The notes under the pieces were generated by a model, which ran no database searches, was not told the DNA's origin, and saw nothing but the letters and a program-made list of their open reading frames with translations. A program made the position numbers and the translations under genes. A stretch of 64,000 nt of DNA from an uncultured Anaerolineae bacterium (GTDB lineage: Bacteria > Chloroflexota > Anaerolineae > JAFGEY01): positions 16,552 to 80,551 of the forward strand of contig CAYZYE010000001.1 in assembly GCA_964481205.1 (NCBI GenBank), in the 5' to 3' direction. Shown in pieces: positions 29,801 to 41,100 of the stretch (positions are counted from its first letter, which is position 1; every line of letters starts with the position of its first letter).

Positions 29801-31175
29801 GGCGATCGGTAGCACGAAAAACATCTGCCGCCGACCTGTCCCAACCCAAATCGTAATCGGTCTTGCCAACCACACTCTCCGGCGCGTCCAAACCAGACGC
29901 CTGGGCAAAGCGCGTGTTGCAGCCCAAATAGACCAGATCGCGATCCTTCCAAAACATCATATCAGGAATCGTATCGATCACCAGGCGCAGCATCCGCTGA
30001 GACGCCTGCCACGCCTGCTCGGTCTGTTTCTGCTCACTCACATCGCGTTGAATGGCGATAAATTGCTCGATATGGCCGGCATCATCCAAAACGGGCGAAA
30101 TGCTCAATTGAGCATGATACAACGTCCCATCTTTGCGGCGATTGACCACCTCACCTTCCCACGTCTGACCGGCCGTGATCGTCCGCCACATTCTGGCATA
30201 GTCGGCCTCATCCTGCACGCCGCTTTTGAGAAGGCGCGGATTTTCACCCACCGCCTCTTGCACCGAATAACCCGTCACCTGCTCAAACGCCGGGTTGACA
30301 AACAACACATCGCCGTTCACAGCAGTGATCATGATCGCGTCGCGCGTTGCATCCACTGCGCGGGCCAGACGCTGCAATTCGATCTCAAACTCTTTGCGTG
30401 CAGTAATATCTTCGTACATTGCCAAAATGGCCACCACTTGATCGTCCGCGTTCTTGAGCGGAATCTTGCTGGTACGCAGCCAGCGCCGCTTACCATCGGG
30501 CATAAGCAGCTGCTCCTCGTAATCCAGTTTGGGCTGCCCCGATTCGAGCACCTGGCGGTCATCGGCGCGAAAACGTTCTGCTTGGGCCTTGGGCGAGAGA
30601 TCATAATCGGTCTTGCCGACAACTTCCTCCGGCGTCAGCCCTTTGCCCTGCGCAAAGACCCGGTTGCACCCCAAATAATTCAGCTCCTTGTCCTTCCAGA
30701 ACACCGACTGTGGGATATGGTCCATAATCAAGCGCAGCATTTGCCGCGACCCTTGCAAACCGGACAGCATTGACACATTATCGAGCAAACTGCTTTCCGA
30801 CCGGACGACGCTGCGCGGCGCCTCGGTAACAACCATCTTGGCCCGCGACACCAGACGCCACACAAACTTGGTCGTTTCGAGATCGTCGATCAGCGGAATC
30901 AATACCTCTTCCAGGGCAAACAAAGCATGTGCAAAAGACTCGACATCCAGATCATGATCGAGACGCCCCTGCACGCGCGCTTGGGCAAACTCGACAAACA
31001 GCCGCTCATCGCCTTGTTCCAGACTATCGACCACCGCCCGGAACGCCGCGCGCGCAAGCTCTAACCGCTCTGCCTCGGCAAGCGCCGTATAGTCCGAAAT
31101 ACTCGACAGACGCTGCGCATAACCGCGTGCCAACTCGTCAAGTTGCTTCTTGATGGCTGATGCGAGTTTGTGCAT
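26814..31175 (-). CDS. Soluble PAS(x6)-GAF multi-sensor protein, no output domain (1453 aa)
   Basis: ATG start immediately after the upstream stop (TAGATG). Six PAS/PAC units (e.g. IPQSVFWKDKELNYLGCN.., ATRDAIMITAVNGDVLFVNPAFEQVTGY..), then GAF domains and cap ..VDGVLRALARELGQVLGRRTFVSVG. Contains repeat copy 2. Confidence 0.85.
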   Translation of the reverse strand: MHKLASAIKKQLDELARGYAQRLSSISDYTALAEAERLELARAAFRAVVDSLEQGDERLFVEFAQARVQGRLDHDLDVESFAHALFALEEVLIPLIDDLETTKFVWRLVSRAKMVVTEAPRSVVRSESSLLDNVSMLSGLQGSRQMLRLIMDHIPQSVFWKDKELNYLGCNRVFAQGKGLTPEEVVGKTDYDLSPKAQAERFRADDRQVLESGQPKLDYEEQLLMPDGKRRWLRTSKIPLKNADDQVVAILAMYEDITARKEFEIELQRLARAVDATRDAIMITAVNGDVLFVNPAFEQVTGYSVQEAVGENPRLLKSGVQDEADYARMWRTITAGQTWEGEVVNRRKDGTLYHAQLSISPVLDDAGHIEQFIAIQRDVSEQKQTEQAWQASQRMLRLVIDTIPDMMFWKDRDLVYLGCNTRFAQASGLDAPESVVGKTDYDLGWDRSAADVFRATDRQVIETATPQFHVVQSRRREDGTQAWMDTTRVPLFDDEGDVTGVLGIVRDISERKQAEEAVRESEQLLQGFIDNANAVAYVKDAEGRYILVNRQYEILFHVTKEGIIGKTDYDVFPPELAAVFRKTDLQVLDAGVPVAMEEVAPHEDGLHTYLSNKFPLVDSSGQIYAIAGISTDVTEFKRVEEEQKRLLAQVQESQILLRMVIDSTNDWIFAKDRDLRYILVNNGIIAKYMGLTPDDFVGKDDYEMGFPVEQIEGNPEKGISGYRNDDLKVLAGETLRNPYVPVQMSKDETVILETVKSPLRNAQGEIVGVLGFSRDITERIRFTEEREQLIERRAQQARVSAQVSQELAGVPQLDELFRRVVTLAKEQLGYYHAQIFRYDVAQERMVVATGYGEAGARMVAAGHGLAMGSGVVGAAAATGESVLVSNVREHPDWRPNPDLPDTQGELAVPIVLRGEVLGVLDVQSDRAGALTDDDRLLLESISGPIAVAMEAGRLLEEAQTFRLLVENAGQGIGMGTLDGQAFYGNPALLEMLGEPNINSFVGNPFVKYYPRHEQQRLQSEILPAVMAEGRWQGEVMLRARTGRVTPTLHNLFLLQDQADQPRYIVNIVTDITESRRTQAEIQERLQELNSLYRTISAEGWGAFRDLAALPGGYFYDGVEAKRKDDLWLPEIGEAASTGSLVVTTQEQPVVVAPLSVPGGEVVGALGLYDDPEYPLSAEELALVEQLADQVAQALEGARLSQETRDMLSQIQMLYDVSRALGVARDENELLQAVVRPVADTGVARVDLMYVDLDAQGRPEWAEIVATWQRDGDSVFPAGTRYHLPDFALSRLWVASPEQAMFIADTAADERIGKNVQKVLARMNCRAMVIVPLARGGRWVGLVRFTWTVPRQFGRREKEIYDALIGLASTAVESRRLLVQARANAQREQQLRQMAGRLRTPPDVDGVLRALARELGQVLGRRTFVSVGDVSQLTQSIEARSRVQAAEAKDAEEA
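27776..28826. repeat. Segmental duplicate copy 2 (partner of 24640..25690)
   Basis: See copy 1. Lies inside the adjacent gene 26814..31175 in the same orientation. Confidence 0.8.
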
Positions 31176-33938
31176 CTACTCGCCTCCTTCCTGTGTCGCC
31201 GGGGCCTGGGCCAACTGTTCGGCGCTGCCCAATCGCACAAACGCGCGCCGTCCCAACACGGTACCCAATTCTCGCACCGCCGCACGTACAATGACATCTG
31301 GGTCGGTTGAACCACGCAAACGCATCGTGATTTCCCGCAAAATTTGCTCTCGACGAGCACGCGCTTGCGCGCTTGCAAGCAAACGCGCATTCTGGATCGC
31401 AATAGACGCCTGACTGGCAATCGAGAGCAGCAAAGCCTGATCGTGTTCATCGTAGCGGCGCGGCATATCGCTTTGCACGGCAATCACACCGATCGCCTCT
31501 TCTTCGATCACCATCGGCACCCCCAGCCACGACGTTGTCTCCTGGCCGATCGAGGCAACACCCGCCGCCTCTAACCATCGAGCGAGATTCTCCCTGACCA
31601 ACAACGGCTCGCGGCTTTGAAGCACATACTCGGTCATTCCCTGACCAAAATCGCGCGGCCGCCACGCGACACGCTTGCCCTTTTCGCGGGCCAGTGGAAA
31701 TCTAATCTGCCCGGTCGACGAGTCGTACATAGCAACGTAGAAATTGGTCGTATCGAGCAAGCGGGAAGCATATTGGTGAATATTCTCAATCACCGCATCC
31801 GCATCCAACCTGGTGGTCAAAGCGCGTCCCATTTCGGCGAGCACGGCCTGCTCGTTAGCATGTGTTCGGGCTTGCTCAAAAAGCCGGGCATTCTGAATTG
31901 CTGCCGCCACCTGACTGGCAATAGTGGTCAGCAGTTCCAAATCATGTTGATCGTACATCCGAGACGCATCATAACTTTGCACCGCCATGACGCCCTGCAC
32001 CTGATCGCCCAGACGCAATGGCACGCCCAAGTAGCACTGCGCGTTTTCGCCTATCACCGAAATGTCGCGCTCGGCCAGCCACTCGTGGACATCCTGACTG
32101 ATCAACACGCTCTCCCCGCTGCGAATGATATAACCGGTAATGCCATCATCGGCAGAAATGACTGTAATGTTTTTATCAACCACCGACTCGGTCACATCCA
32201 GCGGAAAAGTCACCTGGTTGCTGACCGCGTCGTACAAACCGATGTAAAAGTTGTCTGCCTGGACCAACCGGGCAACACTGCGATACACCGCGTCGAGCAC
32301 CTGATCGATATCGAGCCGGGCAGAAAGCAGCCGCCCCATCTCGTACAACACCCGCGATTCTTCCGCGCGAGACCGCGCCTGCTCGAGCAACCGGGCATTC
32401 TGAATGGCAATCGCCGTCGAGGCCGCAATCGTCGTCAACAATTCCCGTTCGTGTTCCCCATACAACCGGGGCGTCGTATGACTCTGTACGCCAATCACGC
32501 CCAGCACACGGTCGCCGAGCATCATCGGCACACCCAACCACGACGCCGCCTCTTGACCAACCCGGTCGATCCCCAACTCTTTTTGTCGCTCCCGGACATT
32601 GTCTGGCAAAAGCACGCTGGTGCGATTGCGCACAATGTACCCGCCAATCCCCTCTTGGACCGAAACAGACGTAATCGCTTTATCGATCTCGGAATCGCTG
32701 ACCTCAAAACGAATATCGATCATTTCGCGTTCGGGATCGTAAAGGCCAATATGAAAATTCTCGGCGTACATCAACCTGGAAACCTGCCGATAGGCCTCTT
32801 GCAGCACATCGTCCAAATCCAAACGCGCCGTCAACGCCTGACCCAACTCGTTGAGCACCACCAGTTCTTCAGAACGCACCTGCATTTGCTCCAACAGCCG
32901 TCGAATCTCAATGTACCCGCTGACCCGGCGGGACACGTTGCCCAACAAGGCGCTTTCCTCGTCCATAAAATCATAGTCTTGAGTATAGGCCACATAAACC
33001 TGACCGACCAACTCGCCCCCCACCCGCAGCCCTTGAACCATTTGCCGGGGCAAATCGACCGCTTGGGACGCGCCATAAACCTGCTCACCAAGCCGGACGG
33101 CCGCCACACACACATCTGGATGCAACATTGCCGCAGGAATGCGTTCTGCCACCCACTGCAAAAATTCGCCCAACGGCGGCGACTCGTCAATCCGGCGTCC
33201 AATGTCGCTCAAAAAATCCAACTCTTTGACGCGCTTGGACATCAAATAACTAACCCGCTGCTGCTCGTCCAGCAAACGCTGGTTTTCGAGCGCCTGCGCA
33301 ACCTGATCGACCACCGAGCGCACGATCTCTAACTCGGTCTCGCTCCAACCCTGGCCGTTCCGGCTAAACCCCAATACACCCAGCACCTCGTCATAAAATG
33401 TGATCGGAACGGCCAACTCGGAACCATCTCGATCATCTTGCACCGTCACCGTATCCACCTGATGGATGGCATCCGCCATCGCCGGCAGCCACGCGCTCTT
33501 GGGCGCAACCTCCTGGCCTTCATCGAGCACATATCCAAGGTGCATTTGAGACTCGACCGTATAGGTCTCCCAACTCTCGCGCACATAGCGACGTTGCACG
33601 GCCAATACTTGCTGCAAAGCGGCGTCCAATTCCTGGCGCGCCCGCTCGGCATCTGCCCTGGCCCGCATCTGCTCAACGCTCCGCTCGCGCAAATCAACGA
33701 CCATCGCCTGCAAACCGGCCGCCAATTCCGAGAGCGCCGCCAGCCCCTCCCGCGCCTCGACCTCAACATCCAGATTGCCTGCCGCCACGGTACGAACCAC
33801 ATCGAGCAAAGCATACCCTTGCTCTTCGGCCTGCTCATAAGCCTCATCTACCGCCTGCACAAACGCCTGCCATTCTGGAGGCGCAGATGCGATCTCACCG
33901 ACATAACGCCCCAGTTGACGCTCCAATAACCTGTGCAT
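31176..33938 (-). CDS. Soluble penta-GAF protein, no output domain
   Basis: ATG start with GGAGGA inside the upstream gene's last codons. Five successive GAF-like units (..FHIGLYDPEREMIDIRF.., ..FYIGLYDAVSNQVTFPL.., ..FYVAMYDSSTGQIRFPL..), cap ..PDVIVRAAVRELGTVLGRRAFVRLG. Confidence 0.8.
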   Translation of the reverse strand: MHRLLERQLGRYVGEIASAPPEWQAFVQAVDEAYEQAEEQGYALLDVVRTVAAGNLDVEVEAREGLAALSELAAGLQAMVVDLRERSVEQMRARADAERARQELDAALQQVLAVQRRYVRESWETYTVESQMHLGYVLDEGQEVAPKSAWLPAMADAIHQVDTVTVQDDRDGSELAVPITFYDEVLGVLGFSRNGQGWSETELEIVRSVVDQVAQALENQRLLDEQQRVSYLMSKRVKELDFLSDIGRRIDESPPLGEFLQWVAERIPAAMLHPDVCVAAVRLGEQVYGASQAVDLPRQMVQGLRVGGELVGQVYVAYTQDYDFMDEESALLGNVSRRVSGYIEIRRLLEQMQVRSEELVVLNELGQALTARLDLDDVLQEAYRQVSRLMYAENFHIGLYDPEREMIDIRFEVSDSEIDKAITSVSVQEGIGGYIVRNRTSVLLPDNVRERQKELGIDRVGQEAASWLGVPMMLGDRVLGVIGVQSHTTPRLYGEHERELLTTIAASTAIAIQNARLLEQARSRAEESRVLYEMGRLLSARLDIDQVLDAVYRSVARLVQADNFYIGLYDAVSNQVTFPLDVTESVVDKNITVISADDGITGYIIRSGESVLISQDVHEWLAERDISVIGENAQCYLGVPLRLGDQVQGVMAVQSYDASRMYDQHDLELLTTIASQVAAAIQNARLFEQARTHANEQAVLAEMGRALTTRLDADAVIENIHQYASRLLDTTNFYVAMYDSSTGQIRFPLAREKGKRVAWRPRDFGQGMTEYVLQSREPLLVRENLARWLEAAGVASIGQETTSWLGVPMVIEEEAIGVIAVQSDMPRRYDEHDQALLLSIASQASIAIQNARLLASAQARARREQILREITMRLRGSTDPDVIVRAAVRELGTVLGRRAFVRLGSAEQLAQAPATQEGGE

Positions 33939-33941
33939 TCC

Positions 33942-36311
33942 CTATTCCTCCGTCAGCGCCGTCATCGTTTGACCGTGCAACCCGCGCTGTGAGTCCAGAG
34001 ACGCTGCCGTTTCAGTCTCGACGGCCAGCTGCTCTCGCGTGCCCAGACGCGCCACCGATCTGGAAGCGCCCAGCAGTTGCCCCAACTCTTGCAAAGCGAT
34101 GCGTATGATCTCGTCGCGATCGGTGGCGCGATAAATGCGCCCGGCAATCGTGCGCACCAGGCGCTCTCGCTCTGCCCGAACCTGCGCCTGTTCGAACATT
34201 TGCGCCGTTTGAATGGCAACCGCCAATTGATCGGCCATAATCTGCAAGACGGTCATATCTTGCTCGTCAAAAGCCGCTTCCCGCTCACTTTGAATGGTCA
34301 CTGCGCCGATCACCCGTCCACGCGACAGCAAAGGCAGCGCCATCTCGGAGCGCGTCTTGGGCAGCAGGGGATCGTCAAACCGTCGCGCCTCTTGGCCAAC
34401 ATCCAACGCGATCTGCGCCTGCCCCAGGGCCACGCACTGCCCCACCATCGAACTGCCGCCGATCTCTAATTTATGACCGTGTTCCACCATCACCTGCCCC
34501 GGATCTCCCGTCCCCGATCGCAGCACTGCCCAACGTCCCGGCTCATTTGTCCACTCACCCAGGCGATCGATCAGGAACAAACCAACGTAATAATAGTCAA
34601 AGCGGTCTCGAATCAGCTCCACCGAACGGCGAATCAGCTCCTCCGAGTCCAAAATACTGCCCGCCACGCGCGAAACCTCGGCCGCCGCCTGGAGCTGCCG
34701 GGTGCGCTGCTCCAGATCGGCCAACAACTGCTCTCGTTCGGTCACATCGCGGCTCCAAGTCAACACACCCCACACATTCCCATCCGCGTCCCAAAGCGGC
34801 GCCTTGATCGTGTGAAAAATATGTACCTCGCCATCAATAGTCGCCGGGTCGTAGGGATTGACCAGCGCCTCGCCGCTTTCCATCACCTGACGGTCATCGC
34901 TCCCAAACCCGCGAGTCCCCTTTTCCGGCGCGCCTTGGACCAATTCTTTGGCAAAGCCCAACTCGATATCATCCTTGCCGATCACATCTTTTGGCGCAGT
35001 ATGAAGCGCATCCGCATACCCCTGGTTGATCAAACGATAACAATGTTCCCGGTCCTTGATAAAAATCCAATCCGGCGTGGCGTCAATCACCGAGCGCAGC
35101 AACCGTTCCGAGCGCTGCAAAGCATCCGTCATCTGGCGCTGCATCGTAATATCTCGCGCCGTAGCCACAAAGCCGATCGAACGCCCGCGCTCATCCCGTA
35201 AAAGAGCAACCGTCATCAGCGTGAGAAATACCGTGCCCTCCTTGCGCACATGCCCCACTTCACCCCGGCACACACCATCTGCGAGCACACGCTCGTTAAA
35301 CGGCGTCACCTCCTGGCGCATTTGCTCCGGGGTGTGAAAGACACTCAACGGCACGCCGGCCAACTCGTCGACGCCATAACCATGCATTTTGGCCCACGAA
35401 TCGTTGACAAAACGCACCGTCCCGTCCACATCAGCAACGGCCACACCATCCGCCAACTGCTCGATTGCCATCTGCGAGACCCGCAACTGCGCTTCATACC
35501 GAGTATGTTCAATATACCAGCTCACCCGTTCGGCAACGGTGCGAATATACGTCGATTCTTGGGCCACAAAAGGGCGCTGCTCAATATAAGCAATATGAAC
35601 ACGCCCCACCTCGCGTCCAGAAACGACAAGCCCATACGCAATCCGGCATACGGCGTCCACCGCTTCCTCCTGCCCGTACAAATGCCCCTCGAACTCGATC
35701 GCCGCCACCGCCACTTGTGGAAACTGCACCGAAACAGTCACCAAATCGGCCACGCGAGTCAAAAAATCGTCGATCGGCAAATTCAACTCGACCAACCGGC
35801 CAATCGACTGGATGCAACTCAGCTGCTTGTTTTGCAACTGCAACATCTGCTGGGCCACATGCTCCTCTGTCACATCCCACTGCACGCCATAAAAACCGCC
35901 AATCCCGGTCCCCCGGAGAATCAATTTGGTGATCGTGCGCACATATTGCTCCTGCCCGTCGGCGTTCCGCCTCTGGCTCACATAGTCCAACGCCCCCTCG
36001 CCGATGGAAAATATCTTGGTTATGGCCCGCATAAACACCTTGCCGTTAGAAAACATTTTCGAGAACATAAACTCGTCACGCAACAACGCCTCGCGGTCCG
36101 CATAACCGTGCTCTTGGGCAAAAACATCATTGGCGTCCGTGGCTTTCAAGTGAAGACTGATCTCTTGCACAACCGCGTCACGGTCCTGATCCGGCCAATC
36201 GACGAAACGCCCATCGTCAAACTCGAACCGGTAGACACTGCCCCCCATCACCTCAACGAACAAGCCCATCACCGGGTCAGCCCCGCTCTCGTAATGCGAC
36301 AGATCACCCAT
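33942..36311 (-). CDS. Soluble PAS(x3)-GAF sensor protein, no output domain
   Basis: ATG with AAGGAGG at -5. PAS units (..IEQLADGVAVADVDGTVRFVNDSWAKMHGY.., ..LRSVIDATPDWIFIKDREHCYRLINQGY..), then a GAF (FDYYYVGLFLIDRLGEWTNEPGRWAVLRSGTGDPG..), cap ..RDEIIRIALQELGQLLGASRSVARLG. Confidence 0.85.
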   Translation of the reverse strand: MGDLSHYESGADPVMGLFVEVMGGSVYRFEFDDGRFVDWPDQDRDAVVQEISLHLKATDANDVFAQEHGYADREALLRDEFMFSKMFSNGKVFMRAITKIFSIGEGALDYVSQRRNADGQEQYVRTITKLILRGTGIGGFYGVQWDVTEEHVAQQMLQLQNKQLSCIQSIGRLVELNLPIDDFLTRVADLVTVSVQFPQVAVAAIEFEGHLYGQEEAVDAVCRIAYGLVVSGREVGRVHIAYIEQRPFVAQESTYIRTVAERVSWYIEHTRYEAQLRVSQMAIEQLADGVAVADVDGTVRFVNDSWAKMHGYGVDELAGVPLSVFHTPEQMRQEVTPFNERVLADGVCRGEVGHVRKEGTVFLTLMTVALLRDERGRSIGFVATARDITMQRQMTDALQRSERLLRSVIDATPDWIFIKDREHCYRLINQGYADALHTAPKDVIGKDDIELGFAKELVQGAPEKGTRGFGSDDRQVMESGEALVNPYDPATIDGEVHIFHTIKAPLWDADGNVWGVLTWSRDVTEREQLLADLEQRTRQLQAAAEVSRVAGSILDSEELIRRSVELIRDRFDYYYVGLFLIDRLGEWTNEPGRWAVLRSGTGDPGQVMVEHGHKLEIGGSSMVGQCVALGQAQIALDVGQEARRFDDPLLPKTRSEMALPLLSRGRVIGAVTIQSEREAAFDEQDMTVLQIMADQLAVAIQTAQMFEQAQVRAERERLVRTIAGRIYRATDRDEIIRIALQELGQLLGASRSVARLGTREQLAVETETAASLDSQRGLHGQTMTALTEE

Positions 36312-38070
36312 CCTGACCTCCTTTGCCCGCTAACGGACGATCCGGCGCAACCGGTTTGAACGTATCCTCTGTGCCCAGACGAATGGCAACATGCGTCGCG
36401 CCGACAGCGCGCTGTATCTCTTGGGCCGCAACTTGCAGCAAAGCATCCAAATTGGCCTGAGAACGTACCTTGTCCGTCGTCTGGCGCAAAACAGCCTCAT
36501 GGCGCGCGCTGCGCTGTGTCTCTTCAAACAAACGGCGCGTTTCCACCGCCTGCGCCACCTGCAAACTGACATCGCGCACCAAATCGATCTCTTCCTGGCT
36601 CCACGCCAGATCAGAGCCACGCCGCAGACCAATCGCCCCAATCACCTGGTCGCCAAAAAACAAAGGCACGGCCAACTCGGTGCCGCCCGCCGCACTCTCT
36701 TGCCCGGTCACCAGATCGCGGCGACGCAACGCATCGCCCATCAACGGCAGCCAGGCGCGGCTGTTGGGGCCGGCCTGCCCCGGCGCATACAGATAACCAC
36801 TCACCGAATCGGCGCTGACATAACTTTCCCACGACTCGCGCACATAGCGACGAACAATCTCTTCGGAACGAGCCAACGCATCCTGCGCTGCGGCAAACAA
36901 GCGCGCATTCGAGACTGCACCGGCAATCTGGTCGGCCATCGTCTGCATCGTCGCGATCTCGGTCTCGCTAAACGCCGCGATGCGCTCGCTTTGAATAGTC
37001 ATCGCCCCCAACACCTGGCCGCGAGAAACGAGCGGCAGCGCCATTTCGGAATGTGTGTCCGGCAGCAACGGGTTGTCAAAACGCTGCGCCTCCTGGCCCA
37101 CATCCAGCGCAACGATCGCCCGTTTCTCGCCGATACAACGCCCGATCATCGAGTTGGAATCGCCAAGGACAAAGCGGTGTCCCTGCGCGATCATCTTTTG
37201 CCCGGCCTCCCCGGTGCCCGCGCGCAGCACGATCCAACGATTCGGCTCTCCGCTCCACGCCCCCGTCTCGTCGATCAAAAAAAGACCGGCGTAATACAGA
37301 TCAAAAGACTCGCGCACCAGATCGACAATCCGGCGCTCCAACTCGTCAGGATCGAGCACCGTAGTGATCGTCTGCGCCACCTGCGCCACCGCCTCCAGAT
37401 TGCGCGTGCGTCTGGCGACACGCTGTTCCAACGAGGCGCGAATCTCGCGCAATTCGCGGTTCCGGGCCGACAACTCTTGCTCATCATGGCGCGCACGCGC
37501 GAACATCCTGGCCGTATTCTGCACGGCAAAATGCAGCAGCAACGCCATCAACCCCAGGATCATCAGCAAGGTGATCAAATCGGTGGCATGGGCCAAAGCA
37601 GACAGCGAGACCGGTATCCACCCACTCGTCTCGGCATAGAATATGACGCCGGTGGACAAAGCGCTCAACGCGGTAAAAATAGTAACCGCCCGCGCGCCCA
37701 ACAGCAGCCCGGCCACGGCGATACACAAAAAATAACCGGCGCCAACGGTAGCGCGCAAACCGCCACCACCGGTACACATTAGTGACGTAACCGCGCCCCA
37801 CAACATCAATGACAGCAACACACCGGTCAGTTTCACATAACCGCTGCGCATCACAAACCACAACGCCAACGACAGCGCCGCCACAAGACCGCCCACACTC
37901 GAAAAAAACAGCATTCTCGCCGGGTTCAACGCAGCGATAAACAGCCCGCCCCCGATCCCGGCTGCAAAAACAGCCACCAAAATGGTATTCAACAAAGCCG
38001 CGTTGCGCGTCTTGCCCTCATCGTCCGCAAAACGCGGTGCCGCCAAAAAGCGTCTGATTTGTTCAAGCAT
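36304..38070 (-). CDS. Polytopic membrane GAF-GAF sensor protein, no output domain
   Basis: The ORF-track start is TTG. ATG at 38068-38070 (MLEQIRRF) is preferred. Six TM helices, then tandem GAF (FDLYYAGLFLIDETGAWSGEPNRWIVLRAGTGEAG..), cap ..LDALLQVAAQEIQRAVGATHVAIRLG. Confidence 0.8.
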   Translation of the reverse strand: MLEQIRRFLAAPRFADDEGKTRNAALLNTILVAVFAAGIGGGLFIAALNPARMLFFSSVGGLVAALSLALWFVMRSGYVKLTGVLLSLMLWGAVTSLMCTGGGGLRATVGAGYFLCIAVAGLLLGARAVTIFTALSALSTGVIFYAETSGWIPVSLSALAHATDLITLLMILGLMALLLHFAVQNTARMFARARHDEQELSARNRELREIRASLEQRVARRTRNLEAVAQVAQTITTVLDPDELERRIVDLVRESFDLYYAGLFLIDETGAWSGEPNRWIVLRAGTGEAGQKMIAQGHRFVLGDSNSMIGRCIGEKRAIVALDVGQEAQRFDNPLLPDTHSEMALPLVSRGQVLGAMTIQSERIAAFSETEIATMQTMADQIAGAVSNARLFAAAQDALARSEEIVRRYVRESWESYVSADSVSGYLYAPGQAGPNSRAWLPLMGDALRRRDLVTGQESAAGGTELAVPLFFGDQVIGAIGLRRGSDLAWSQEEIDLVRDVSLQVAQAVETRRLFEETQRSARHEAVLRQTTDKVRSQANLDALLQVAAQEIQRAVGATHVAIRLGTEDTFKPVAPDRPLAGKGGQDG

Positions 38071-38106
38071 TGCCGTTCCCTTTTTAGACAACCCTGGAAA
38101 AACGAG

Positions 38107-41100
38107 CTATTCTACAGTTTTATCCACCCGAGTCTGTTCCGAAATCAGCGTGGTCTCTGTCCCCAGGCGAATGACCGCTTCGGCGACGTCCAATTCTCGA
38201 CTCAAAGCCCGGGTAGCGGCCTGCAATATCTCTTCGATGCTGTCGGCGCTACGCACCTGATCGATGATCTGCCGGGTCATCTGCTCACGCGCAGCGCGAC
38301 GCTGCGACGCCCGATACATCTGCGCGCTGTCGAGAATGGGAGCCAATCGATCGAGCATCGCCTCAATCAAAGCCACCTCGTCGTCGCTCCAATCGGCCGC
38401 GTCCTCGAGTTTGTGCGCCGTGATCGCGCCGATCGTATTGCCGCGCACCTGAACCGGCAACGCCAACTCGCGCTGTGCCTCATCTTCCAAAGACTCGCTG
38501 ACAGCGCCCTCGGACTGCGCCTGAGACAAAGGTACCGTACCGCTGCCATCATAACGATACCCCAGATGTGGCCGGGCGCGAATGAGTTCGGCCCACGCCT
38601 CGCGGCTGATCTCGCCATACGCGCGTCGTTCTGCAACCAACGCATCCTGCGCCTGACGAACCAGCTGCACGTTTCTCAACGCCACGGCCACCTGATCGGC
38701 CAGAGTCTGCATCACCTCGACATCTTGATCACTGAATGCGCCGGCTTGGGTGCTTTGCACATCCAGCGCGCCAATGACCTCGGCGCCAACCCGCAGCGGC
38801 GCCACCATCTCGGCCCGCGTCTCGGCCAGATCAGGGTTGACCCAATGCACCTGATCGGCCTCCACATCCGACGCCACGCGCACGACCCCCTGCCCCGTGA
38901 CATACCCCACCATACCCTGCACCCCAACCCGCAGCCGGTGTCCCCGCGCCAACATCCGCCGCCCCCCCTCGCTAGACGCCGCGCGCAGCACCGCCCACTC
39001 GCCGGACTCGTCGATCAGAAATATACCGGCATGATAAAAGCCAAAACGGATACTGACCAACGAAACAACCCGGTCCAGCAACCGCTGCGGGTCCTGAACG
39101 CGCGCCACGTCGCGCGCCACCTCTGAAGCCGTACTCAGATATTCTGCACGCCGCTCCAAAATACGAGTACTCTCTTCCAACGCCCCCACCGATTCGCCCA
39201 ACTGTCTGGTCATCTGGTTAAAAGCGTCCCCCAACAAACCAATCTCGTCGTTCGACTCGACCGTGGCCTGAATGTCCAAATTCCCATCAGCGACAACGCG
39301 CGCCACCTCGGTCAGGTGAACGACCGGATTCGAGATCGAAAAAGCAATCCGCGACGCCACAAAAACAACAATGAGCATCGTCAACCCGGCCACCGCCGCC
39401 GACACATTTCTCAACACAATCACCGCCGCAAAAGCCTCCGCTTCATCTTGTTCGACGAGCAAGGCCCAGGTTTCACCAAACACATCTATCGGCGTCCAGG
39501 CCGACAAGACGCGCTGATCGCGATAGTCCAAAATCAAATCCGTGCCCGTCTCGCCGGCCAACGCCTTGCGCGTCGCCTTCGTATCGACTCCATTTTCCTC
39601 CACCGTGCCCATAAACGAAGCCGCCACCGAGCGGTGTTCGGGATCAAGCCTCGAATTGGAACGCATCCGATTATCGGGGCCAACAAGATACGTTTCGCCC
39701 GTTTGCCCCAAACCGGTACGTTCCTGAATAATTGCATTGATCTCGTCGCTCACCAACTCGACAACGACCACCACCTCGACCCGATCACGAAAGACAAGCG
39801 GCGCCGCCAAAAAAGCAACCGGCGCGCCGCCAAGCGGCTCATACGGCTCGAAATCGGCAAAACCAGACCTTCGAGTCTCGATCACCTGCCGGAACAACCT
39901 GGCGATATTTGAACCCCGGTACGGCCCATCGACCAGATTGGTCTGATAATCCGCTTCGTGCGCCGTGGTGTAATAAACATAACCGTTGCGATTGATCAAA
40001 TACAAGTTCCCGTAACCATACTCGGTGGTGTATTGCGTATAAAAATCTTGCGCCTCACCTGCCAACGCCGGCACCGTCGCCTCTTCCAAATTCATCGTGG
40101 TAACAATGATCCAATTCAGTCCCGGAATATCAAGCGGCCCATAATCGACAATCTCGACCACCCCGTCGTTGCTCATCTCGATATCCGTGCCTGTTACCCC
40201 CGAAAACGCACGCTCGAGATAAGCACCGGCCTGCGGGTCGCCGATCTTGCCCTCCTTGATCACCAGATCGCTGCGCAAACTGGGCAACCCGCTGCCTTTA
40301 CCCACCAGACAAGTCTCGCCCGTTTCACCCAAACCCGCTCGAAGCTGTACCACCTGGTTGATCGACGCAAAAGGAACCTGGTACACCAACGTGCTCAACA
40401 ATTCACCCGACCCATCAAAAATGGGCATTCCCACAAACATCGCCATCGGCGCATCGACATCGGTAGGGTCGGTGTCACTGAACGCTGCAATATCCACAAA
40501 AGACGCCTGCTGCGCCGCCGACGACTTGATCTGCCAAAACAGGGCCGCCAGATTGCTGTTGCGGTACGGGCCGGAATCCAGGTCGGTGCCCAACACGGCT
40601 CCGCGACGCATCGCATAGACCACCAGACCGGTAGGATCGATCAAAAAGACCTGCTCGTACCCATGAATACGGCCATAATTTGAGAAAAAGTCGTCCAGCG
40701 ACTGATAGCTTGACAAAAAAGCGCCTTCGTCGCCGCTGTACGTCTGGCTGAAATCCAACTCGCGAACGCGCAGCGCCCCCAATTCCTGAAACAAGTCCGT
40801 CAGGTCTTGAACGTTGTTGATCATGTTCGAATCAGAAGACACGGACAAAATATCATTTGTCCAGTCCTGAAACATTCTGAGCAAAGCCGCCGTCTTTTCC
40901 TCTCGCCCCCTGGCCAACTTGGCAAACGCATCCTGCCGCAACACCTGCGCCACATCGGCAACACGAACCGTATCAACCCCTTTTCCAACCAAATAGCGCC
41001 CAATCTCGGTCGCTTTGATGCCGCGCACCGCCTCTAATTTCTCATAAGCAGCGTCACGCAGCGACGACTGCGCCTGCAAATAAGCCAGCACGCCGACCAA